From the NCBI GenBank assembly GCA_964016885.1, contig OZ024743.1:167772001-167836000 (forward strand): a stretch of 64,000 nucleotides of DNA. Reading direction: 5' to 3'. The notes under the pieces were generated by a model. That model was given only the letters and a program-made list of their open reading frames with translations, had not been told where the DNA came from and ran no database searches. The position numbers and the translations under genes were made by a program. Within the stretch, counting starts at the first letter, position 1; every line of letters begins with the position of its first letter. The stretch is from Eledone cirrhosa. Lineage: Eukaryota. Shown here in pieces: positions 1 to 12,534 of this stretch.

Positions 1-3000
1 CCCTCACCACCCACACTAGCACTACCATCACCACCGACGGAAACCCCACCGCGAACAAGAACAACACCTTCAACAACACCACCACAAGCACCAACATCGC
101 AAATACAACAAAAAAACACACACACCCAGCAACAATGACAAGAAAATAGCAGAACCACATCCCACCCCCAGAAAAAGAAATGCACAGCAATAAATGCACA
201 CAACAAGAAACTAATGACTTGCATAATTGAACACAGATATTTCATAGCACGACTACATAATACCAGCACCAATGAAAACACCAACGAACATAAGACTGGT
301 AAGATTATCACAGAAACAATACACAAACATTAAAATGAAATTCCCCAACGCAGTTGGTGATTTCAGAGACCTAGGAGGGACACTCAGCCGGAGAGTATAC
401 TCGGATATACTCACAGAAGAGCCGACGACCAGCCGAAGGACGATTCAACGGTCCCTTCACCAGACAATCAAGGTAAGTAATCCTTTCTCACTTGCCCCGT
501 ACCTCACCCAACATGGCCGTATTCATGATCGCAAGTGTAAACGTGCGTGGGTTGAGGTCGGTTTGGAAGCAGGGTCACTTGCTTAACGACCTCAGGTCAC
601 TAAACATAGATGTAGTGGCCATCAGCGAGACGAGAATCTCCGAAACGCAAGCTTTCGCACCGATCTTCGACGGTTACGAGGTGTTGTTTCGGAAAGGCTT
701 GGGTCTCGCTATACCGACCATCTTCCTGGACCCAGAAGGTAAGTCGGTGGTGCTGGACGTAAGCGGCACCGAAGGCAACGCTTTCAGGCTAGTAGCCGTC
801 TATGCCCCGACAGGGACAGGACGGCCAGATTTCTTCAGACGTCTAGAGACCTTTCTTGGAACGTCCCGCTCTTTAGTGTTAGTGCGCGACTGGAACGGTA
901 TCTTGGATGCACGCTGGGATTGTGTGGGGCTAGTGGATAGGGGAGGAGGGTGCAAGAGCCTCACCAACCTGCTCAGACGTTTTGAACTGTCTGACAGGTA
1001 TCGACTAGATCACCTGAATGTGCCAATGTGGACATGGACAAAGCCCATCGGGTCATAGAGATCGTATCTCGATAGGGTATTCTGCAGAGAACTAGATAAG
1101 GCTAGTATAAGTTGTCCACAATTTAAAATAGTCAACTACACAGACCATAAATTTGTGATCTGTGAGATCGACATAGACAGACTTCATAGACAAGGACCCG
1201 GTTACTGGAAGCTGAACGCATCTTTCCCGGCGCGCAAAGCCAGCAGAAACCGGATTAGCGGATTAGTTAAGCGGGAGTTGACGGGAGCGGTCGTCAACAA
1301 CAGGTGGTGGTTCGGCCTGAAAAGGGCTATTAAAGTAGAGTCGATTAGGTTTGGCAAAGGAATAGTGATAGAGGAAAATAGAGTAGAGGGAGAGCTAGTC
1401 TGAAAGCTAGAAGAGGTGTTTAGGACAGGCATCTCAACCGACGTGTTTGGGGCGAGATTGGCACTCGACCAATTCTTCAACGCAAAACACTAATGCTGCG
1501 TTGTCAGAGCTTGAGCGCGTGCTCTGAAACACGAGGGGACACAAGCCGTCCTATGGGTCCGGGTGGAAGAGGCGCGACGTGGCAACAAAGCTACAATTCG
1601 GTCTTTATCTGACCAACACAGGCGCGTGTTGCTCGAATCCGAGCAGATGTGTGAAGCTTTTCAGCAGCACTTTGCTGAACTGTTCGTGAGCGGCGGTGGG
1701 CCGGATCGGGGTATGGACTTCAGTGCATACCTCGACGGACTGCCTCGGCGCTCGACGACCACAGCACAGTGTTGCCAAAAGCCAATAACGGCCGGTGAAA
1801 TACGGGAAGCAATGTCTAACTGCACGAGGGGTAAATCGTTTGGATGGTCTGCCCTACGAGCTTATGCATTTATGCCAGACTTGTTCGGTGACATCTTGGC
1901 CGACGTCTACTGCAACTGACACCAGAACGGGAGCATTCCCATTTTGTGAGCCGGGGAGCGGTGACGCTGCTGAAAAAAGACCCGAATAAAGGGGATGTTA
2001 ACGATAACTTCAGGTCCATAACCCTGCTAAACGCAGAGTTCAAGATTTTGGCCAAGGTGTTAGCAACGAGGTTGGCACTTGTCGTCAAGGGTCTGGTGGG
2101 AGAGACACAGACATGCGCCATTCCGGACAGATCGATACACGACAACCTTATGCGATGCATCATAGAGAGGGTGGTTAAGGAACCTCGCACGGGTGGAGCT
2201 CTGATCAACTTGGATCAATCCAAAGCATTCGATAGGGTCGACCATCGGTACCTGGCGGCGATAATCGAATCAGCCGGTTTCGGGCCCGTTTTCAGGGGTT
2301 GGATCGCTGCGATGTACAGCGATATCTGCTCAGTTGTGAGGGTGAACGGTGACCTGTCGCAGCCGTTCGGCATCATGCGCTCGGTCCGCCGGGGTTGTCC
2401 CCTCTCGTCCCGCTTGTACGTATTGTCTCTCGAGCCATTACAGCACAAACTGAGGGCGATGAGGGGCGTCCCACGCGAACTAGGATGCGGGAAATCCGAG
2501 TCGGCTTATTACCGTGGTGGTGTCGAGCACCAGACATGTCCAGATGCTCGGCACCGCTCTCAAGGAATACGAAGCGGTGACAGGAGCAAAGATAAATCAG
2601 GAAAAGACGATGGGCTTGCAGCTCGGCACCTGGATAGGCAAGTCCATGCCGTTCGACAGCGTCGTGGGGCGTTGGACGGACGGACCGGTTAAATTGCTCG
2701 GGGTCTGGTTCAGACCGGACCTCCAGATGGAGAAAAACTGGAGCGAGGTCACGAGCAGGGTGGCCTCCCTCACCCAGAAATGGGCTGAGAGGAAGCTATC
2801 CCTGAAAGCTGTCCGGGGCGGAGGTGGCGAATGCGTACATCGCATCCGTCATCTGCTACCGCCTCACCGTCGTCCCTTGCCTCGGCCCAACTCTCACTAA
2901 AATGGAGCGCCTCCTCTTCCGCTTTTTGTGGAAGGGACGCGCTAAAATGATCAGACGATCTATCTGCTGTCAATACCCGTTGCGTGGAGGACTGGGTATG

Positions 3001-4177
3001 CCATGGCTAATGATGCGCAAACATGCGCTGAGGCTGCGACATCTCTGGTGCTTCCTTAACGGTGAACAGGTGTGGTCGCCATTCGCCAGGGACGTTTTGC
3101 CATAGCTCGTCTCCTGGACGGAGCTGCAGTCCTGGGTCAGGAAAAGACCGAGGGATAGCGCTTGTCTCCAGGCGCTCACTGCCCTCTGCCAGCTGGGCAC
3201 CAGTATCGGTGGAACATCCACCTGGGGGTTCTATAGAGGACTAGTGGAGGGAAAGAGCGACGACGTTCTCGGAGAGATCCTGGGCGTCGAAGAAGATCAG
3301 CTGTTTGCTCTCTTCCGGAGAACTTTCAGCCCGGGGCTTATGGATAACTTCCAAAAATCCCCCGCTTGGCAGTGCTACCGGGAAGCGTTGCTGGTTCGAG
3401 ATAAGCTCTACAGGCACGGAAGTGCCGTCAGCCGAGCCTGTCCGAGATGCGCGCAGAGCGACGAAACCGTCGTGCACGCACTCGTTCAGTGCCCGAGCAT
3501 TGCTGACTTGTGGAGCTATGTTGAACAGTTGCTGTCGCGTGTAGGACTGATCCGGTTGTCGACTGAGTCCATTTTGCATATGGTCTCGCCGTCTTCCTTC
3601 GAGGAGGACGTGCAGGCGGTTTTCATCTGCCTGGTGGCCATAGCGAAAGAGATTGTGTGGTGGACAAGGTTGAGAGGGTTAAAGACAGACATTTTCCTCT
3701 TCGGCGAATCCCTAATTAACTTTTTCATGTTTTACTTGAAGAGGAAAATCAGGGTGGAGAGGCAAGTGCTGCCTTCTAGCAAATTTGTTGAAAGGTGGGT
3801 GAATGTAGCGAGAATGGTCCGAGTGAACGGGACCGCTTGGAATATACGCCTGTAGTTTGAGAAATAGAAAAATTGAGAGAGGGCGCTTGTCCTGGTGGTC
3901 AGGGTGGCCGTGGTCTTTTGTGTGGTTTTCGTCACGAGTAACCCTCGGAGGTTTCCTCCCTATTGGAGAATTTTTTATTGTTTCAACTTTCATTTTTATT
4001 GTTGAAATATATATATGTTTATGTCTTTTTTTTCTTTTCTTATATAAATAATAAAAATCTTTACACAAACAAAACCCACATCGTACCGTCCTGTATCGTC
4101 CTGTGCCGTCTGTAATGTTTTTCTTGATGTTAGCCCTTGTGGCCAATAAAGAAATCATTATTATTATTATTATTATT
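1..4177 (+). mobile_element. Tx1/L1-clade non-LTR retrotransposon, copy 1 (5' end outside window): ORF1 tail, disrupted ORF2, 3' UTR, (ATT)n tail
   Basis: APE motifs (SVNVRGL, VAISETR, VAVYAP, DWNG), GPGYWKLN linker, RT motifs (FRSITLLNAEFKILAK, LDQSKAFDRVDH, RRGCPLS, GGLG), C-terminal CPRC..ETVVHALVQCP; AATAAA near 4145 followed by (ATT)7 at 4157-4177. Confidence 0.92.
513..3855 (+). pseudogene. ORF2 (APE endonuclease - reverse transcriptase - zinc knuckle) of Tx1-like LINE; several stops/frameshifts, catalytic YADD deleted near 2510
   Basis: ORF fragments 492-1058, 1155-1403, 1563-1919, 1946-2692, 2514-2900, 2824-3105, 3244-3855 are collinear pieces of one L1-type ORF2; SAY is followed directly by TVVVS without ADD. 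Confidence 0.9.
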
Positions 4178-4464
4178 GGCGACCTACGTAGGAAATCGTA
4201 TCATCGTGAGCTCCGCAAAGGGTTGTTTAAAATTGCCATTTATGGAAAATATTTGTTGTTAACTGTTTATAAAGTCACAAAATTTGCTTTTGGAAAAGGA
4301 CAATCAAAAAGATTGGGGCCTTGAGCCCAAAATTTAAACCTTTATAATTATCAACCAAAACCTCACACCAAAACCACCATTGTAAATATTACTACGTTTG
4401 CCAACACTAAAAACATAAGCAGTAGCAATAATTTAAATTTGTCTCATGCAGACATTCATTACCA

Positions 4465-6208
4465 ATGACTGCAGGTGTTGAAGTCGCCACCCCCCACCAC
4501 CACAGCGACAACAGAAACAAAACAAAAAAAATATCTCGTGACATCGAAATGGATTCACCCAGAATGGACTCTTCCACACCGAACACCTCTGACGCCACCA
4601 CCACCACCACAACTGAAACTAAAAATAACAATAACAAAAATAACAATAACAACAACAGCAACAACAACAATGAGAATAACAACATCGTGTCATTTGCCAA
4701 AGCAGGCAAAAAATGCGAAACAATCCAGGTAACTCAGGAGGAATTAGATGAAGCCAAGAGAATGGTAAAGAAAGATGGGTACAGGGTCAGCCTCACCCCC
4801 ACCTAATAAAATAGAGCATCGGCGCCTATGTACCGTGTCTTATCGGACGATTAACATAAAATCGCGCCGAGTGGAACGGGCATCCGAGTCCCAAATCCAA
4901 AAAGATTTGGGATATGTGTGGGCAAAAAACCCCCACATCATACGTGGGCAGAAATATGGAACCGTGGATGTGTTCTTTGGAACACCACAGGAGACCAGAA
5001 AGCACTCCATGGCCCCATTAAGAAGCGACGACTTCACACTCGTCCCAAGGTATTGTGGCCAGAAACTTGTGAAGATCAGGGTGAACCACATTCCACCGGC
5101 CATCGAAATTCCCTGGCTAATGGCTGTCGTCCTCGCCGGCATCGAGGCCAACACCAAAATAATAGAAATAGCAAAAGAAAAGCAGGAGAACTGGTCCGGA
5201 TCTGGGATGGAGCTCCTGATCCAAGTGGACCATAAACGCATTGAGGAGATCCCAGAGGTAATAGACCTCACTGACGGCAGCCACCTCATCGTAATCGTCG
5301 AGGGAAGAAGACCTAGGTGTGTCGTTTATGGTAACGGAACCCACCTAAGGGCTTTCTGCCCTCAGGCTAAAAGGTTGAGGCCACCTCTCTTGCCCACCCC
5401 AGTGACTCAACCAACAACACCACCAGCAGCAGAAATAACAGCAACAACTGTAGCAGCAACAACAGAAGCATCTGTAACAGCAACAACCCCAGCAACAGTA
5501 GCAAAACCAACACCACCACCACCCAACGCCCCAGAACTAGCACCAGCGCCTACACCATCCACCACGCCACAACCAAAACCAACGCCTGTGGAGGATTTTC
5601 CACTCCCCGACCTATCGCAACTGGAGACAGATTGTGACGACGAGGAGTGGGAAACGATATCAGGAAAAAAAAAAAAAGGAACCAAAAAAGAAAAAATTCT
5701 CTTCCTTCCCCCTCCAAAAACAAAATACAGAGGGAAACGAATAAACTATCAAACAAAAAAGTTAGGACAGCTATGCCACCATCCACACCAGCATCACCAA
5801 CCCCATCACCACGAACACCAACACCATCACCATCATTAACCCCAACACCACAAAAGTCACCAAAAAGCGAAACAGAAACAAACCCACAACAAACGCAAAC
5901 AAAACAACCAAAACGATACACACTACACAGCATTAAATTTGAACAACCAATTATTACACTACATCCAACACAACAGCAGCATCACAGAAAATGACTACAC
6001 CATAACCCAAAAGTTCACACCACCTACACACACACAAATCACTCGCGTCACACAAACGTACACGTCACTAAAACAAAAATTCCCCAAAGACATCGGAGAC
6101 TTCCGACAAGCACTCTCCAGGAGGATTTATAAGGACATCCTTCCGGAGGAGGCCACAAGCAGTGAAAAGGATGGAGTAACCATCCTTCCTCTACGAGAAG
6201 TAAGGTAA
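4465..6208 (+). pseudogene. ORF1 (gag-like nucleic-acid-binding protein) of Tx1-like LINE, frameshifted
   Basis: ORFs 4465-4806, 4775-5839, 5647-5994, 5939-6208; degenerate CCHC knuckle C-VV-Y-GNGT-H-LRAF-C; Pro/Thr-rich tail; C-terminal KFP..GDFR...LSRR.Y.DIL.EE motif shared with copy 1 (272-470). Confidence 0.75.
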
Positions 6209-6242
6209 GTGGTCTTTCCCATCTTTTCCACTCCATTTCAAC

Positions 6243-7040
6243 ATGACCTCACTCAGAATAGGCAGCATAAATGCGCGTGGCTTGGGGTCGTCATGGAAGC
6301 AGGGCCACCTGCTCAACGACCTCAGGTCACTAAACATAGATGTAGTGGCCATCAGCGAGACCAGAATCTCCGAAGCACGGGCCTTCGCACCGATCTTCGG
6401 CGGCTACGATGTGTACGCATCTCCCAGCCGTCCTGGATCGGGGCGAGGAGTTGCTGTGCTTTTTCGGAGAGGTTTGGATCTCGCCATACGGGCCATCTTC
6501 CTGGACCCAGAAGGTAAGTTGGTGGTACTGGACGTGACCAGCGGAGACGGGGAAGCTTTCAGGCTAGTGGCCGTCTATGCCCCGACAGGAGCAGGGCGGC
6601 CAGATTTCTTCCGGCGTCTGGAGACCTTTCTTGGAACGTCCCGCTCTTTAGTGTTAGTGGGCGACTGGAACGGGATCTTAGATGCACGCTGGGACTCTGT
6701 GGGATTAGCAGATAGGGGAGGAGGGTGCAAGAGCCTCACCAACCTGCTCAGGCGTTTTGAACTGTCTGACAGGTTTGGATTTCCCGAATGTGCCAATGTG
6801 GACTTGGACAAATCGCATAGGGTCATCCAGATCATATCTAGATAGAGTATTTTGTAGGGAAATAGATAGGTCTAGCATAGGCTATCCACAATTCAAGATA
6901 GTCAGCTACACGGACCACACATTCGTGATCTGTGTGCTTGACTGAGATAGGCTTCATAGACGAGGACCCGGCTACTGGAAGCTAAACGCATCCTTACCAG
7001 CACGCAAGGCCTACAGAGACCGGATTAGCGAACTAGTTCA
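6243..7040 (+). pseudogene. APE endonuclease portion of ORF2, Tx1-like copy 2
   Basis: MTSLRIGSINARGL..ISETR..GVAVL..VYAP..GDWN; frameshift near 6775; ends shortly after GPGYWKLN. Confidence 0.88.
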
Positions 7041-7169
7041 TTGTTCTATTATTACATCCTCTGTTTTATGTTTTTTTACACGCAGAAATGCCATTCTGTA
7101 CCGTCATGTATTGTCCTGTACTGTCCTTAATGTCTACTTTATGTAAACCCTTGTGGTTTATAATTATTT

Positions 7170-7352
7170 GGTGGATTGGCAGTATTGGTAGAGGGTCGGA
7201 CGCCATGCTTTGACGTATAGAGTTACTGCCCTTGCCATTCTGAGTTCAAATCCCGCCAAGGTTAACTTTGCCTTTCATCCTTACGGGGTAGATAAAATAA
7301 AGTACCAGTAATGCACTGGTTATTTGCTGGCCTTGTGCCTAACGTAGAATCA

Positions 7353-7385
<33 letters not shown>

Positions 7386-7510
7386 GCCTTTCATCCTTAC
7401 GGGGTCGATAAAATAAAGTACCAGTAATCTACTGGGTAATTGCTGGCCTTGTGCCTAAAGTAGAAACAATTATTATTATTATTAAAGTAGAAACAATTAT
7501 TATTATTATT
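7170..7510 (+). mobile_element. tRNA-derived SINE with (ATT)n tail, plus tandem partial duplicate (7386-7510)
   Basis: A-box-like TGGCAGTATTGG, B-box GAGTTCAAATCC, central GCCTTTCATCCTTACGGGGTCGATAAAATAAAGTACCAG; further copies at 18868, 35253, 35412, 35666. Confidence 0.8.
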
Positions 7511-7669
7511 ACTTTTTTCTCCATTTCAATGGTGTTCCAAAACAATATAAAGAGATAATTGGCAATAAGGGTTCTGGAACAAAAGAGATAATTGGCAATA
7601 AGGGCAGGGGCCTCAGGGAATCACAGCCTGGCCTCGCTCGTCATCGCGCCACTGTAATAGAGCCAGACA

Positions 7670-10600
7670 AGGCATTTAATATTGGCTGCTGGAACCTACG
7701 GGCGCTGCTTGACAGGGAATCTTTGGAACGCCCTGATCGAAGGACCACTCTAGTTGCAAAGGAGCTTCGACGTTGCGATCTTGACATCGTGGCTTTGTCT
7801 GAGACGAGGTTAGCTGGAGATGGTCATCTTACACAATTTTGTGGAGAATATACATTCTACTGGAAAGGAGGAGATGAAGGAACCAGAAGAGAGGCTGAAG
7901 TAGCATTTGCTGTTAAGACTGCTCTTGTGGATAAATTAGAAGAATTCCCAGTGGGGATTAGTGAGCGTCTTATGTCCATGAGAATTCCGCTGGACAAAGG
8001 AAGATATGAGACCCTGGTGAGTGTGTATGCTCCAACTATGAATTCTGTTGATGAATAAAAAGAGCCTTTTTACCATGCATTGAAAGGTGTTTTAAGAAAT
8101 ATCCGCCCGGCACACAAGGTCATCGTGCTTGGTGACTTTAATGCTAGAGTGAGTAGAGCTCCTGGTGTTACTCTGCTCAGAAGATTGAATGCTGCTCGTC
8201 TTAGAGATAAAAAATGTGAAGAGGATATTGCGAGAAGAGATGCATGTTGCAGATCTTGGTGAGGATTGGCCGACCCTTAAAAAGTCGGTTTATGATGTAG
8301 GCAGGCGTGTTCTGGGATTGGTGCAGAGAAAAAATCAAGTCTGGTTTAATGAAAATGATGAACATATAGATGAATTGTTGGCTGATAAGAAGCGTGCTCT
8401 GTCACGCTACTTGACAGCAAAACCACAGGAGAATATGTTGCATAAGGAACTCAAGGAAATAAAATCACGTGTTAAGCGGAGTCATTCTCAGATGAAAGAT
8501 GAGTGGTGGAGTGAGAAGCCTGATGAGATACAAGCTGCATCAGATTCCAATAACACAAAGCTGTTGTACAGTCTCCTGCGTGAAGTTTATGGACCGTCTT
8601 CTTCTCTGGTGACACCGCTTCGCAGCAAGGATGACAGGGAACTTCTTCGTGATTCACAAGGAATTCACTTTCATGATCTTTTGAATCAGCCGTCTATCAT
8701 CAATGAAGATTTCCTCAATATAATTCCTGTAAAATTGTGAAAGTAGCTTTCGCAGGCCCACCGACGCTTGTGGAGGTTGCAGTAGCTGTCTCGAAGCTGA
8801 ACAGTGGAAGGACTCCAGGTATGGATGGCATCCATGCAGAACTCTTACAATATGGTGGTGAGAGACTCCTGCGACATCTTCACTCTTTGTTTGGCAGGAC
8901 ATGGGCTAGTGAATCCGTACTTGAGGACGCGAGAGATTTAGTAATGGTAGTCTTAGACAAGAGAAAGGGTCACAAGAATGATTGTGGAAACTACAGAGGT
9001 ATATCATTGCTTTCTGTCGTAGGAAACATTTATTTAGGGTGCTTCTGGACCGTTTGCTGACACATATTGCAGATTGTGTTCTTCCCGAAAGTCAATCTGA
9101 TTTTCGTGTTGGACGCGGCACTACTGATATGATCTTCTCAGCTAGACAGCTCCAGAAGAAGTGCATGGAACAAGGTTTGGATCTGTATCAGGTTTTTGTC
9201 AATCAGACAAAAGCATTCGATTCTGTTAACAGAAATGCATTGTGGAAGGTTCTCCAGAAACCTGGTTGCCCTGATAAGTTCCTTGCTTTGGTTAGGTCTT
9301 TCCATGACAACATGAAGGCTTGGGTTAATGTCAGAGGTAACATGTCTGAGCCTATCTCAGTAAAAAATGGTGTGAAACGGGTATATTCCAGCACCAACCA
9401 TGTTTGCCATATACTTTGAAATGGTTTTCTATATTGCATTCAGGAATTGTGAGCATAGTGTTTACATCCAATATCGAACCTCAGGCAGCATATTTAACAT
9501 CAGGCACTTTGCTGCAAAAACAATAGTATTTACATCAATCATAAGAGATCTCTTGCATGCAGATGATTACGATCTTGTAGCGCACACAGAGAGTGATATG
9601 CAGCAAATTTTGAATGTATTTCTGATGCTTGCACTGCCCTAGGATTGACTGTCAGTCTCAAGAAAACCGTCGTCATGTACCAACCAATATCTATGTGTAT
9701 GGTAAACGACTTGGAGTGATTGATCAGTTTGTCTAGCTGGGAATCACTGTCAATCGATACAGCAACCTTGATAATGAAATTCCACTCAGGATTAGGAAAG
9801 CATGTGATGCTTTCGGAAAGCTAGAAAGGCGCCTCTAGGGTCGACGAGACATATGCAAGTAGACAAAGGTGTACAAGGAATGTGTCCTCTCTTCTCTTCT
9901 TTATGCCTGCAAGACCCGGGTCACATATCGACACCACCTTAAACCATTGGCGCGTTTCCATCAGATGTATCTCAGACGGATCCATGGCGTTGACTGGAAA
10001 GACCACATCAGTGATGCCGAGATTTTGGAAAGCTCTCTGTGTGATAGTATAGAAGCTCTTGTGCTTAAGCAAAGACTCCGTTGGAGTGGTCACCTTGCCA
10101 GGATGAAGGATTCTAGAATACCAAAACAACTCTTTTATGGAGAGTTAGTTAAAGGAAAACGACCGCCACATAAACCAGAAAAGAGGTATAAGGATTCGTT
10201 GAAAGCCTCTTTGAAAGACGCTAACATATCTACTGATACATGGGAAAATGTTGCTGCTGATCGTAATAAATGGAGAAAGACTGTATATGAGGGGAAATTT
10301 GCCTTTAAGGCATCTCTAATCGCATACGAAAAAGTAAAGACGGATGTGAGGATGTTGCATTTCCAGACGGTGAAGGTTCTCTTATGGCGCTGACATGCAG
10401 CGTCTGTGTGAGACTCTGCCTCAGCAAAGCTTGACTCGAAAGTCATCTTCGCAGTCATAAAGTGAGACCAGTGGTTGACTAGCAGGCTGCTGTTGGAGAT
10501 GCTACTCATCATGCCTGCCAAGCATGTGGTAGAGAATGTAAATCAGCAGCAGGGTTCAATCGACATACATGAACTCCAACCACAGGCGGCCATTCCCAGT

Positions 10601-10684
10601 GAATGTTTTGTGTGCCAACTCTGTGCAAGACATTTTAGATCATTGGCTGGGCTAAAAAGCCACATTCGATCGCAGTTCTGTTAA
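7670..10684 (+). pseudogene. RTE-clade LINE ORF (APE - RT - three C-terminal C2H2 fingers), disrupted, internal deletion near 8155
   Basis: IGCWNLR, DIVALSETRL, SVYAPT, LGDFNARV, PGMDGIHAE, NYRGISLLS, AFDSVNR, LLHADD, LRWSGHLARM..RIPKQLFYGEL, R..WR are typical RTE motifs. Confidence 0.9.
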
Positions 10685-10845
10685 TTGTTATCGTATGTGT
10701 GTGTGTGTATATATATATAGATGTGTATATATGTGCGCGTGTGTGTGTGTGTATATATATATATATTATTATTGTTGTTATTATTATTGTCGTTATGTTT
10801 ATTTTTCGTGCAATGGCATACTCGATAACGAGGGTGCAGCCATCA

Positions 10846-10998
10846 TGTATGTATGTATGTGTGTATGTATGTATGTATGTATGTATGTATGTATGTATGT
10901 ATGTATGTATGTATGTATGTATGTACGTACGTATGTATGTATGTATGTATGTATGTATGTATGTATGTATGTATGTATGTATGTATGTACGTATGTAT
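10846..10998 (+). repeat. (TATG)n microsatellite, probable 3' tail of the RTE family
   Basis: Long TATG array immediately after ...CTCGATAACGAGGGTGCAGCCATC. Confidence 0.9.
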
Positions 10999-11004
10999 GA
11001 ATTG

Positions 11005-11630
11005 TGTGCCGGGTCACTCTTGAGTGCCACTGGTAACATGTAACCCAGTACAACCTGACGCATGGTCGGGTCATCGGCGACTAAACCGGCAGCAACCCAC
11101 CAAGTTTACGTGGTGAGGAGGGTGATTTTGGACACCCTGCAGGACAATAAAACAAATCTGTCAAAGGGTGGAAGAACTCATAAGAGTTAACAGCCATCCA
11201 AAAATGTGTAAATATGTATGTACATATGTATTTATGTATGTATATGTATATACATATATATATATGTGTCTATATATGCGGGGTGACATATAAATAATCG
11301 AGCTGGATGCCCGATCGTGCGGTTAAACCACTGGGAGTGAAGGACACCAAGCCTTTGTCAGGGCATTCTTCTGAGAGAAGGCAACTCAGGAAAATGGGAT
11401 AACTCCGACATAAAAGCTGCGGGTCAGTAGTTACCGATGATGTTGATCTTTTCTTCTTTTCGAGTTATAGCTACTGTCACTCACAGAGTGGGATTGGCTC
11501 AGTGCACAGTCTTTCCCCACTTTAAAAAAATCTTCACGCCTAGTCATTGCACGATGGCATTAATTGATATTATTAAAGATGATATAACGGCCATACTCGA
11601 TAACGAGGGTCAGCCATCATATATGTATGT
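11005..11630 (+). mobile_element. ~600-bp non-coding interspersed repeat ending in (TATG)n (non-autonomous, probably RTE-mobilised)
   Basis: Homologous copies at 35128-35253 (+), 40650-41650 (-), 44612-45362 (-); 3' end CATACTCGATAACGAGGG.CAGCCATC(ATGT)n also follows the RTE ORF at ~10806-10846. Confidence 0.72.
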
Positions 11631-12514
11631 TCTTCTGCTTTTATAATTTCACAAATTGTTTTCCCAATAAAGAGAGAGTCGGTTTCTAACATAGACACAA
11701 GACTCTCTCATTTGAATTTACACATCAACTAGGTAGATTATGTATGCATGCCTGCATGCATGCATGTGTAGATATGGATGTTATTGTATGTGTGGATGTG
11801 TATGTTTTCAGTTGCTTTGTATCTGTACATGTGTATATGCAGTTATTAGATGCAAAATCTTTGGAATGTTTTACATATTTTTACTGTTCCATCAATGGAT
11901 TGTACTTGTAATTTCCTAACTAGTTGTGTTCTTTCTGTTCCTGTGAAGCGTAGCTTCTCAAGGTTTGTACATATCCCAGTGCCCCAGTAATCACAGACAT
12001 AAATCTGAAGGTGTAATCAGGGTGGAGTATCTGCAGATTTCTCATCAGTTTTGCAACAATATTCTCTTTTTCGCTAATCTTTGACATTATATTGCCATCT
12101 GCTGGGCAGCTAACCTCCACTACTGTGCATGCTTTCTTTTCCCTGTCCCATATCATAATATCTGGTCTGTTATGCCTGCATTTTATTGGGGTTTTACTGG
12201 AACATACCACCAGTACTATTTCATATTATGTATATGGATGTCTTCCACGTTGCTGTAGCTTTTGATGTGTTTATTATCGTGGCTCTCTTTTCTACGGATT
12301 GCATTGTACAGTGTTTTGGCCACTACATCATGCCTTATAGGTAGATAGTACCGTGATGACATCTTTCGACAGCTGCTGATGACATGGGTGACATCTTCGA
12401 TGTTAATTCTGCAGTGTCTGCACTTGTTATCACTTGTATGTGTTTTTCCTGCATCCTTATCACTTTTGTGAATCAGGTATTTCGTGTTAATTTCCTGTTC
12501 TGGGACTGCAAAAG
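11630..12514 (-). mobile_element. R4/Dong-like RLE retrotransposon, 5'-truncated 3' fragment
   Basis: Minus-strand CCHC region, RHD, HNRPDIMIWD..VVEVSCP..EKEN..LMRNLQ, ITGALG; homologous to 41765-44573. Confidence 0.85.
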
Positions 12515-12534
12515 TATGTATGTATATATGTATG

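Larger units (their letters stand above)
4178..7165 (+). mobile_element. Tx1/L1-clade LINE, copy 2: 5' UTR, ORF1, APE domain, then internal deletion to the 3' UTR
   Basis: Starts right after the (ATT)n tail of copy 1; 6243-7035 is closely similar to 513-1270; 7085-7160 resembles the copy 1 3' UTR at 4075-4145 (gtaccgtc.tgtat.gtcctgt...cccttgtgg). Confidence 0.88.

Noticed and set aside
7170-7260. tRNA gene
   Set aside because: A/B boxes are present but there is no cloverleaf; it continues into a multi-copy SINE body and tail
11040-11100. HDV-like ribozyme at the 5' end of the TATG-tailed repeat
   Set aside because: P3- and P4-like hairpins exist, but the P1/P2 strands are not in the required order
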